Of a stretch of 64,000 nt of DNA, positions 46,865 through 56,544 are shown one piece after another. The first letter of the stretch is position 1. The number at the start of each line of letters is the position of its first letter. The DNA comes from Halocafeteria seosinensis (lineage: Eukaryota), in contig LVLI01000313.1 in NCBI GenBank assembly GCA_001687465.1, positions 1 through 64,000 on the forward strand, written 5' to 3'. Below the pieces are notes generated by a model that made no database searches, had not been told where the DNA came from, and was given only the letters and a program-made list of their open reading frames with translations. The position numbers and the translations under genes were made by a program.

Positions 46865-47494
46865 CTACTGTGCCGCTACATTGGCTTTCTGGACTAATTG
46901 AGCCCACTGCTCTCGTAGCGCCTTCTGGTGGTCCAGTTGGCAGTCGAGGTGCACACTTTGATATTTATGATCAATAACACAGCCGTCAACCGAGTCCACC
47001 TTGGTGGCATTGGCACAGGCGTGAATTTCATGGAAAACCTGCGATAGTGTCTGACGATCGCCTGTTTGCCTTGCTTGCTCCAGTTGTTGGTCCAGCGTCT
47101 CCAGACGATTCCTAGCCTTATCGTAAGCTGCTTGTTTCTCTGGGAGCACCACCGGTTCTATCGCCACGTATGCTTTATCCAGGAGCTGTTGCACAAACTC
47201 TCCAGTCTGCTTAATGTTCTGTCGGTCGTTCCGATTGAGTATATCCAGTTGTTCAGGAGCTATATAGCGTTGGACCCTCTCGCGATACAGGTTCAGTCGC
47301 TCCTGGAGCTGAGAAGCCTGCAACATGGAGATATACACAGCCAACGTAGTATCATGACACGGAGGATACGAGACTATCCACGTGCATACCTCTTCGCGTA
47401 TGCGGAGAGTGTCCTGCAACAATGTCTCCAATTCATCCGTGAGATGGCTCGCACAGCGGGTAGCGGTATTTTGACGAAAGAGCGCCTCCGACAT
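46865..47494 (-). CDS. Small helical orphan protein, paralog A (one in-frame intron)
   Basis: IREE|gtatgc...ttgcag|ASQLQERL. The C-terminus EIHACANAT...C.ID..Y..VHLDCQL..QKALREQW aligns with 48168..48829. Confidence 0.75.
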   Translation of the reverse strand: MSEALFRQNTATRCASHLTDELETLLQDTLRIREEVCTWIVSYPPCHDTTLAVYISMLQASQLQERLNLYRERVQRYIAPEQLDILNRNDRQNIKQTGEFVQQLLDKAYVAIEPVVLPEKQAAYDKARNRLETLDQQLEQARQTGDRQTLSQVFHEIHACANATKVDSVDGCVIDHKYQSVHLDCQLDHQKALREQWAQLVQKANVAAQ

Positions 47495-48167
47495 CGTCTA
47501 TCCTACAACCACGGTATGTATGTGCATGAATTTCGAATTCCACATCAGCTGCTGTACTTCTGGATATAAAGGCACTTTTGTCAACAATACTGGGTATTAG
47601 TTAAATCTAAACTGTGGAGACGTGATGTGAATGGAGAAAACTCTGACTTCCAAGGATTCCTGCCCACTAGAATCAAGTAGTAATTGCGTCTTCTTCGATT
47701 ATACACTCAATTACAACGCAAATGTCAATGCCTTTACTGTTACTACCCGTGTCAATATGTTAAGTCGCGGCTCTCGTCGTTGCTCGGTGACCGACGGTCA
47801 GCGTGGTCGTTGGTTGAGGATTCCAAACCAAACGAGCACCCTTAAGAGTCTTACAGGCTTACCCCTTCCGTCCCCCGTTTCAACTGACGAAACCCTGAGA
47901 GTGTTGAAAGTGGTGGTGAATTGGTGTACCTGGTTTGTAACTGCTAGTAGTATTATTTGCTTTATTGCCGAATTTACCGTACGTGGCAACACCATGGTTT
48001 CTGATGTTGCACTGCGTGGACGAGACACTTGCTCTTGCTTACTGTCCCGTCAGGTTTGCACCAATTCTCATACAATCGGCCAGGATTTCAGTCTAACTGG
48101 TTGTAAATCCCCGTGTCATACCTAGAGCCTTCATTCCATTCCTCCTTTCTAGCCTGGGGCTTTGGTC

Positions 48168-48829
48168 CTAGTTCCTGGCCCTCTTGGAGCATCGCCGGTT
48201 CTCTGTGGCGCTCTGAGCCAGTTTAGACAAATCCTTCCACCTATTTTTGAGCGCCTTCTGCTCGGTTAGTTCGCACCCGACGTGGATACGCTCATAGTGC
48301 GGATCAACGTTCGCACAGTCCTCAGGCAAGGTGGCGTTCCTACATCGCATAATTTCATTGGAAACGTGGAAAAGCCGCTCGGCGTTATCATCCTCCTTTG
48401 CCCTGTGGAATTTTTGTTCCAGGCGATCAAAATACCTATGTGCCTCAACGGCCTGCTTCTCTTTCTCGCGTCGGTCTGGAGATGAAATGTCTTGTGCCGT
48501 CACCTTGGTCTTCTTCAGATATTCTTCTATACACTCTCCCACTCCAACAATATTTCTTCTCTCGTAGTCGTTCATTGGATCAGAAGCATGGTATTCGGCC
48601 GCGCACTCCTTGAGTTCCTTCACACACTCGCTCAGCTCTCGTTGAAGCCCCTCGGCCTGTGCCTCACAACGACACCTTACGCATTCAACAAGAAACAACA
48701 ATCTTTAAGGGGACAAATCCTGGCCCCCTCCAATCCAACCCATGGGGAACATTGACGTACCTCTCTGCGCTTTTCAGTCGTTCTCGCCAGGAGCGTGTCC
48801 AGTCTACTTTGAAGAGTATTCTCTGCCAT
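48168..48829 (-). CDS. Small helical orphan protein, paralog B (2 exons)
   Basis: MAENTLQSRLDTLLARTTEKRRE|gtacgt...cacag|AEGLQREL; the intron is at the same position and phase as in paralog A. C-terminus EIMRCRNAT...C..VD..Y..IHVGCEL..QKALKNRW. Confidence 0.75.
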
Positions 48830-48974
48830 CCTTACCCGTAAACGTATCTTTGCTGGCAGAATACCAAATTAAAAGATTGACTCTCTCTTGCACGGGTAAA
48901 ATAAACAAGTACTTTTGAGTTGGGACAACAATACGAGGGAAATGTAGCTTACTATGATACTGCAGTACAGCACC

Positions 48975-49157
48975 GGGATCCTGCTGGAAGATGCGGAACT
49001 TGCGAAAGCTGATGACGGCCAAACTGTCTGTAACGTTCATGCGCCACAACGTGAAAGAGTTGGAGCGGTTCCGGGTAGGGTTCACCCCGCACACGGCGTA
49101 GCGTAATCTCTAGCCTACACGTCTTCCGGTAGGAGCAATACTATAATACACACACGT
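48975..49157 (+). mobile_element. 3' fragment of CRE-like retroelement
   Basis: MRNLRKLMTAKLSVTFMRHNVK...GFTPHTA*, then 3' UTR cctacacgtcttccggtaggagcaatac...aatacacacac. Confidence 0.9.
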
Positions 49158-49257
49158 ACTTGAAGTACGTTGTTGGCTCTGAAAGCTTCACAAGAAAACT
49201 CTCAAACTTTAAAAAGGGAACGCCACGCAAAGGATCCGCCGTCATGACAGGACAACA

Positions 49258-49296
49258 GTGTGTATTAGTATTGTTCCTAACCGGAAGACGTGTATC
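49258..49296 (-). mobile_element. Very short 3' tail of the CRE-like retroelement
   Basis: Reverse complement tacacgtcttccggttaggaacaatactaatacacac. Confidence 0.75.
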
Positions 49297-49369
49297 AGTA
49301 GCACTGGAGAGGTACATCCGCATGAGTCAATTGCCAGTGGAGAGAGAGGTGCTCATAGATCCACGAAAC

Positions 49370-49507
49370 GAAGCTGACGACGGCCAAGCTGTCTGTCACG
49401 TTGATGCCCCACAACGTGAAGATGTTGGAACGGTTCCGGGTAGAGTTCACCCCAGACACGGCCTGTAGACTACACTTCTTCCGGTAGGCGCAATACTAAT
49501 ACACACT
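49370..49507 (+). mobile_element. 3' fragment of CRE-like retroelement
   Basis: aagctgacgacggccaagctgtctgtcacgttgatgccccacaacgtgaagatgttgga...cttccggtaggcgcaatactaatacacac. Confidence 0.88.
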
Positions 49508-49589
49508 TTGAGACTCAAAGGCTTCTGGCTTTGAAAACTAGAGTCAACACCCAACCTCGTGGTGTCTGTCCGTCTGAGATCTGGAGGCT

Positions 49590-49660
49590 GGAGCCGCTGG
49601 GAATGTAACAACGAAGAGCACGGAAGTGTGAATGATGGCCCACCGGCAGTTGGATGTAGC
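49590..49660 (-). repeat. Diverged copy of the GCCGGTGGGCCATCA dispersed repeat
   Basis: Reverse complement ggctacatccaactgccggtgggccatcattcacac matches 24325-24361. Confidence 0.75.
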
Positions 49661-50489
49661 CGTTGGATGTAACAACTTCATTTGCTAACAAGTTTGCATA
49701 ATTATATGGTATAGAAATACGTGATAGCGATCCCGACAGATATGTTATATAGCTACTTCTGACTTAATTTAGGGACTGTACTTCAGCTGCTGTAGTACAG
49801 TACGGTGTGAGGGCTGAGTCACGTCCTCAGTGAAAACAACAGCACATGCTCGGGAAGTAAAACTCAGCAAACAAATAGAGTCCGAACATGCACAGTACGG
49901 GGGTGTCAAGCGTTCACTCCACCTTCTCCTGCTTCTAATGTAGCTATGATGGCAACGTTAATTCGAGCAATAACGTTACGCCCCCATTCCGGAATCCGGA
50001 GTTTTGGCAGCCTGTGGACGGTTGCGCCGATGGACGGATGCGCGGTCGGACAACCAGTTTAAAGGGTTTGTTGTGTTGCTCTTTATTATTGCATGAGAGA
50101 GATGAAAGGGAGAAGTTACCAAGGAAGAATCGAGTGAACTATTGGAGTCTGCAGTGCAACATAACAACGCTGTGCGTGTATTAGTGCAATAGCCAACGAG
50201 CAGCCCTAACCAACGAACTACACTGATGCACTGTACAATTAGTGGTGGCCTTATTTAGTTTTGCAATGTCTCAAACAGTTGAAGGGAGACTGTCCTCATT
50301 GCTGTTGAGATGGAGAGCAGCGAGGGTAAGTCCCATCACTATCATCACCATCATGGTTACGGTGGTTTGCCCTCTTGTGGGACATAGGCAACATCCACCA
50401 CATGGCCATAGCTTCCAGCATTGCATTTCCAGCACCGCGGCTGTCTGGATTGCACAACAAGATTTCATTGAAGATTATAGGGCAACGGA

Positions 50490-53420
50490 GTGTGTCGCGT
50501 GCCTTCATGCAAACACAACGTCTCTGTAAGTCGATTGCATGAAATGATTCATGAAGAACCTCAACAGACGCTCATCAGGCAATGGCCGTGCAGCAGCGCA
50601 AACGTACCACTTAGTCTGGCTGAACCATGTAACTCCTTAGGCTGGCCACAAGACAAGAACGCTATGGGCATTCAACTCTATCTCTCTGTAATCAGCGACT
50701 CCATATTTTCAACAGTGCCGGTATCCTTGTCAACTCTGGCTGTAATTGAGGATCCAATCACGTTGACTGAGTTGGCGGAGCTTCAAGAGGAAGACCAACG
50801 AATTGGAGCAGTCTGGTCATCATCCATGGAAAGTAGCAAGGCCAGTTTCGAGGATAAAAAAGACCCTGAAAGTAAACAACGGTTCCGATTCGATGAAGAG
50901 AGTAAGCCACTTAATGCGTTGGCTTCTGTGACACTAATGGCCAAGACCACGGATGTGGCAGGAATTCGAGACCTGAATAAAGTGTTCGCCCGATGCTCAC
51001 AACGGAACGGTACCATTTCAAGAGCAGTAACTGGTTTTATTATGCTTGGAGAGCTCTTCGTCGAACATCGAAACGTGCCTAAACCACTGATTCGTTGGAC
51101 AGCTTCGCCGCTTGCTGCACTTGATCTGGCTGTTATATCATTTCTGGTTGCATCATGGGTCTGGCAGTGGATTGCAGGTTCGCGAAGTCGCCAAGCTAAA
51201 GACGAACGCTTCGGAAAGGCCCAACAATGCCATCCCTTCAGTAGGAAGAAGCAGCATGTGATGGAGAGTTGCGGAGAATGGACAAACTCCCTGATCCAAG
51301 GTCCAAGAAGCCCATTACTGCTGATGAGTATGTGGGTTTTATCAGTATGTTGCGTACGGTTTTCAACGGCAATAAATTTACGACCTTCGATCCTAGGTGG
51401 AACTCAGCCATGTTTTCACTATATCCCTCAGCAATTGCTGTTTCAAATGAATTGCAGTGTGCTTGTATGGAGTGGTCATGGCTATGGAAATACAGACTAC
51501 ATCTTATTACATGCGAACGAGATTTTCGATGGTGGTCGGCAACATGGGAACATCATCGATTTGAGCGGAATCACAGAGTTCGATGGACTATTTCGGGTAA
51601 TACTAAGTCTTTCATCCTATGATCAAGCTCCCTTAATCCGAAATTTGGATGTTAGGAATGGAACAACGGCACAATGGGGTGGATTTATTGTCCAAAAACA
51701 GCAGACGTTCTTTATGATAGATTCATGTAGTTCATCCGGAGATATCACAAACCAACAAGGTGGTGGCATATGTGGCTACCGAAGTGGTCTCTCCAATGGC
51801 CAAATTAAGATATCGAATTCGTATTCGACAGGAAGAATACTAGGGAAGTATGCAGGTGGTATTGCGGGAAGAAGCGCAGGTTACAATCATGGGATTATCA
51901 ATATCACGGATTCTTATTCCACTGGGAGTATTGAAGGAATGTTATCAGGTGGTATTTGTGGAGAAACTGCTGGTAGCAACAACGGCCAAGTGTACATTAC
52001 TCGTTCCTATTCAACAGGTGACATTCTTGGTTCATGGGGTGGAGGTATTGTAGGTAATGATGCTGGTGTGAACGATGGGCTTGTGCATATCAAGGAGTGT
52101 TTTAGTATGGGACAAATTGCTGCGCCATATAGTGGTGGGATAACTGGAGGTAATACAGCAAAGGATCAGGGTGAAGTGCACATTGTAGATTGCTATACAC
52201 GAGGCGTGATTAGTGGTCAAAATGCGGGAGGCATTACAGGAGAAAACGCAGGAGGCTGTTGTCAATGGTCAACAGGCGACATCTACATTACTAATACGTA
52301 TGCATCCGGGAATATCGCTGGAAATAATGCAGGTGGAATTATAGGAGGTATACATAGTGATGCAAGTGGTACTATTCAAGTGAACTTTTCGGTATACAAC
52401 GATGCCAATTTGCAACTGGTAGGATCCGACCCTAGCAACAAACTCTCTCAGCTAGGAAATTCTGGTGATTTGACAATGATACATGGCGCCCTGTACCAAT
52501 ACGGAGGTCTAAAGAGATGGTCTGAAGAAGTATGGTCTCCAGATGGTGGTAGGAGTTTATATGACGACGCTGATGAAGATAAAGAACTGCCGATTCTACT
52601 CTTTCAGCTGCCCTCATCTTCGCCTAATCCCTCGATTACACCGATTTCTACGCCTAGCTCCACAGGTTCCAGCACTACTACACCATCTACTTCGCAGAGT
52701 CAACCGATGACGCACTCCGCAACTACAAGTTCCACGACAACATTGACATCTACACAGACTGCCACACCAAGTAACACGGCGACAGCGACGTCCAGCAATT
52801 CGCCTTCAGCCTCAGAATCACCCACCATGACAGGATCATCATCTCCCAGTTACACTCCAACATCGAGCTTGACGACCTCCAGTGATTCGCCTTCAGCCTC
52901 AGAATCACCGACCATGACAGGATCATCATCTCCCAGCTACACTCAAACATCGAGCTTGACGTCGACGCCATCCTCTTGGCTGACGATGACTCACTCTGCC
53001 GCTGTAAGTTCGACGGCGACATCTACAGTTACGGGAAGTGTTACTCCAAGTAACACGGGGACTACAACCTCCAGCAATTCTCCTTCAGTCTCAGAATCAG
53101 CGAGCATTACGGGGACGTGGTCATCATCTTTCAGCTGCACTGCAACATCGGGTTTGACTTCGTCGATTACGCGAACCCTTACACCAAGTAAAACACAAAC
53201 TGCAACGTCCAGCAACCCTCCTTCAACTTCAGAATCGTCGGCCACGACGGAATCATCATCTCCGTCATCGCCACGCAGCTTCACTCCAATACCCAGCGTC
53301 ACTCCGACGCCTTCCAAGACAAGTACCTCTACTCCATCATCAAGGAAGCCTGTTGGTCAGTATCGAAAGTTGATCACAATAGTTGCTCAAAGACCAAGGC
53401 GCACGGTAATAGGCTGCTGA
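50490..53420 (+). CDS. Putative secreted/surface protein with GLUG-like (GGIxG) beta-helix repeats and Ser/Thr-rich stalk
   Basis: About seven repeats of SYSTGxIxGxxxGGIxG. Signal-like segment MSMWVLSVCCVRFSTA at about 51324 (true start likely there or at 51261). S/T-rich tail; ends IVAQRPRRTVIGC*. Confidence 0.8.
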   Translation: MCRVPSCKHNVSVSRLHEMIHEEPQQTLIRQWPCSSANVPLSLAEPCNSLGWPQDKNAMGIQLYLSVISDSIFSTVPVSLSTLAVIEDPITLTELAELQEEDQRIGAVWSSSMESSKASFEDKKDPESKQRFRFDEESKPLNALASVTLMAKTTDVAGIRDLNKVFARCSQRNGTISRAVTGFIMLGELFVEHRNVPKPLIRWTASPLAALDLAVISFLVASWVWQWIAGSRSRQAKDERFGKAQQCHPFSRKKQHVMESCGEWTNSLIQGPRSPLLLMSMWVLSVCCVRFSTAINLRPSILGGTQPCFHYIPQQLLFQMNCSVLVWSGHGYGNTDYILLHANEIFDGGRQHGNIIDLSGITEFDGLFRVILSLSSYDQAPLIRNLDVRNGTTAQWGGFIVQKQQTFFMIDSCSSSGDITNQQGGGICGYRSGLSNGQIKISNSYSTGRILGKYAGGIAGRSAGYNHGIINITDSYSTGSIEGMLSGGICGETAGSNNGQVYITRSYSTGDILGSWGGGIVGNDAGVNDGLVHIKECFSMGQIAAPYSGGITGGNTAKDQGEVHIVDCYTRGVISGQNAGGITGENAGGCCQWSTGDIYITNTYASGNIAGNNAGGIIGGIHSDASGTIQVNFSVYNDANLQLVGSDPSNKLSQLGNSGDLTMIHGALYQYGGLKRWSEEVWSPDGGRSLYDDADEDKELPILLFQLPSSSPNPSITPISTPSSTGSSTTTPSTSQSQPMTHSATTSSTTTLTSTQTATPSNTATATSSNSPSASESPTMTGSSSPSYTPTSSLTTSSDSPSASESPTMTGSSSPSYTQTSSLTSTPSSWLTMTHSAAVSSTATSTVTGSVTPSNTGTTTSSNSPSVSESASITGTWSSSFSCTATSGLTSSITRTLTPSKTQTATSSNPPSTSESSATTESSSPSSPRSFTPIPSVTPTPSKTSTSTPSSRKPVGQYRKLITIVAQRPRRTVIGC
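52791..52964 (+). repeat. 87-bp tandem repeat (2 near-identical units) in the Ser/Thr stalk
   Basis: SS(N/D)SPSASESPTMTGSSSPSYT(P/Q)TSSLT x2, with more diverged units downstream. Confidence 0.9.
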
Positions 53421-54473
53421 GAGCTACGAATTGTTACAGGAAGACAGGCCATCTATGCCGACCATGTCTCCGGAACGTCGGCTCCAATGTCACTACTTCC
53501 TAAGAAACTTCAAGAGAAAAAGAGATCTCTGTCCATCAAAACGAGTTTATATATGCTACTTGGTTAAATACATGTACGTGCATGACAGGAACAACACGAG
53601 TATAGTACGTGTAGTAGTTGCGCTTCTGATGCTTATTGGTATTGCTCCTGGGGGTACCCACTGCAAGTTATAGTGACACATACGTATGTACTTGTACAAC
53701 CGTACAAGTCGTATGTTTGGCCATGCCAGACTCCTCCTCCAGTTACCACCAGTACCAAGTGGAATCGTGTCTTCCTCCTTCTGCGATCTACCTCCGTGTC
53801 TACTTACGTTGTTATCGAAGGCCCCGTCAGCTTCCTGGGCCTTCGGAAATTAATGGCAGTTTCTCGGGTGCTTCAGTACACCGAGCCGTCTCTTGGGTTT
53901 GTGAAGGTGTCAACCGACAGGAAGTGTGCAACTCCAGTAAGAATGACTCTCGCAGTATTGTTGGCAATCACAAATACCAGTGACACTGGAACACATACAT
54001 AGAATTTGATAATAGTTAGAAAAGCATTTTGCTTTGCCATTAGTGAGATATTGGTCTCTCCTGTCAGTGACGTAGTTTATTGTGCTCCAACTTCAACCTG
54101 TCGCAACCGGGATATACCAGGTACAGAGTTTATACGCTTCTGTTTCCAACAACAACAGCATCCAAGTTTCGAGTATAGACCGTCACACTAGTTGGCCTAT
54201 CGCTGTTGTAGTGCTCTTTGTAAAACCGAGAGATAAACGAGCAGCTGGGAAACTCCGTCGGGCGAAGTTACAGGCAGCAGCTGGCAGTTACTGTACCAGC
54301 GGCGCTGACTTTTTGACTTCATTGAGAAGAAGTCAACCGTCGCGCGGACGAAGACAGAAGTTCATTTACACTCGTGTTGATAGCAATTAACTTGCATATC
54401 ATTGAACGACGCGAATATTTGGTTCCCGGTGTTTTAGGCTCGTGTGGCATTGGACTTGAAGCAGTCAGTGATC

Positions 54474-55999
54474 ATGGTACAATCAGAAAATACAATGGTC
54501 CGCTTAGGTGGAGGAAACTTCAGAATGATAAAGTCTTCTGATAGACAAAGACATATAAAGATACTAGCATCTACTTCTTCCGAAGCAAAATGCTCGACTA
54601 AAGGGCACGAGACGTCACGCACAGGCCAGTATGGAGATGGCTTGGTTGTGGTAGGAACTACACCGTCCAGTTGGACGAAGTCAACCTCTTCGGAGCAGTG
54701 TACGCATAAAACAAAGGATAGAATTGAGCTTTGCATTGTTGGAACAGGAATAGCTGCAAGGAGTGGAAGCCGCGTCAGTCACACATTTAGTCGCTCTCTT
54801 TCAAGTTGCTCCTCTACTTCCATAGAGTCACCGATCTCGAGTGATGGAGGAGGACATTCGTCCAGCAATGTCCAGCAGCAAGGACGAATTACAATGAAAT
54901 CACTTGCATCTGAGGACATTAGATCATGGGAATTTGAAATACTAAACAAGAGCCATGCACAGTTGAAGTGCACTGTGAAAACAATTCTCCGCTTTTGGTC
55001 TTTGCCCGAAAATTTTGGTATCTCACCGGACTCTATGGATCGCTTTCTTTCTCTGGTGGAAGGATTATACAACGACCAACCGTACGTACCATGGCGAATC
55101 ATTTCCTTGGTTTACCGGAACATATTTTGACATCTACCATTTGTGCTAGTTGCAGGTTTCACAATTTCAAACACGCTGTGGGCACTATGCACACTGCCTT
55201 CTTGATCCTTCTACGTTCCAAAACGAATTCTTTCTTCACCGACCTGGAATTATTGGCCATTTTGGTCGCTGCCTTATGGTAAGTTAAGCACTGCAACCTT
55301 TCCATCCGGGTTTTAGCGTGTAACCGAAGTATGTCTCCCATCTGCAGTCACGACATTGACCACCCTGGCCATTCTCAAGCATTTGAAGTCAACAGCAGTA
55401 GCCGACTTGCTCGGGCGTACAACAACACGGATGTTCTGGAACACTATCATGCTGACAAAGCCTTAGAACTGCTAAAAGATAAGGATTTAGATATTCTGGG
55501 AACCCTTTCATCAGAAGAAGCACAACACTTCCGTGAAGTAGTTCGCAGCACGATACTGGGGACTGCAATGTCTCAACATCATACACTCTTGGAATCGCTG
55601 ACCTCTAGAAGAACCATGACTTCACTTAAGGAAGAGAATGCGTGCAACATTCCATTCGACAAGCACAATCAAGAGGATAGACTGCAGTTGGCCAAAATGG
55701 TAGTGCATACAGCTGATCTTGCTGGACAGACGACAAATTACCGAACTGCTCAAGGCTGGGGGACTTTAGTCATCGCTGAGTTTTCAAGAGAAGCTGCAAA
55801 GCATGAAGCTAAAGGACTTGAGGCGCCTTCTTTCATGAATAATATTCGGACAAACAAGGATGAAAATAAGTTGCAGGCTTCGTTCATTCAAGGAATTTGC
55901 TTGCCTTTATGGGAAGCCATGAATGTAGCCATTGGAGGTCTCGATGAACCCGTAGAAAATCTAAATCACAATTGCCAAGCATACTTAGCAGGTTGCTAG
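54474..55999 (+). CDS. Class I 3',5'-cyclic nucleotide phosphodiesterase; 3 exons
   Basis: Spliced PFHNFKHA, ALCHDIDHPG, VLEHYH, HTADL, EFSRE and LQASFI...CLPLW. Introns at about 55082-55156 and 55279-55348. Start uncertain. Confidence 0.9.
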
Positions 56000-56544
56000 G
56001 CTATGAAAGAGAACGACAATCACCAGCATTAATGTCATGAAGCATAATGGAAGCATTGGCCTAGTATCGAAGTAGCGGTCTGACTAGAGGTGAAATACTG
56101 ATCACCTTCGGCACATTTCTTCAGTGGTTTCAGTAGCAGCTATCAGGATAGTGTGTCACAAAACTTCAGATATCCCTAACTACTAAATTAGTAACTAGTA
56201 GGGTCCACATTCGGTTGATGAAGTTAAGTACCACCATACAATATTGTATTGTTAGTAGTAGTTTAAAATTCACGAACAATTACCGCACCAATAAAATGAA
56301 TTCTTTGAACCAGACAATACAATTTTCAAACTTCCATTTTTTCTTTCACGTTTTCTCCCTGAATCCCGTACGTTGTAAGATAGCTCTGAGGAAACTCCTG
56401 AATTTCAATGAAATTCAATAATTTCAATTCCCCGGGAGTGCAAGCAAAGATTGTCCGGTTCGCATCTCGTTGCTTCATTTGGCCTTTATCATGCCACATT
56501 ATAGATGATAGTGTTGGAGAACCTTACCATAGAATACTAGAATC

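Noticed and set aside
53627..53650. tattggtattgctcct resembling the retroelement 3' tail in reverse
   Set aside because: Only about 16 bp match and the stem-loop part is missing; too short to call.
13715..55999. Functional chemotaxis gene cluster (NCKAP1, GPCR, PDE, NDK)
   Set aside because: The genes are scattered over 40 kb among unrelated housekeeping genes. Proximity in a compact eukaryotic genome is not evidence of a cluster.
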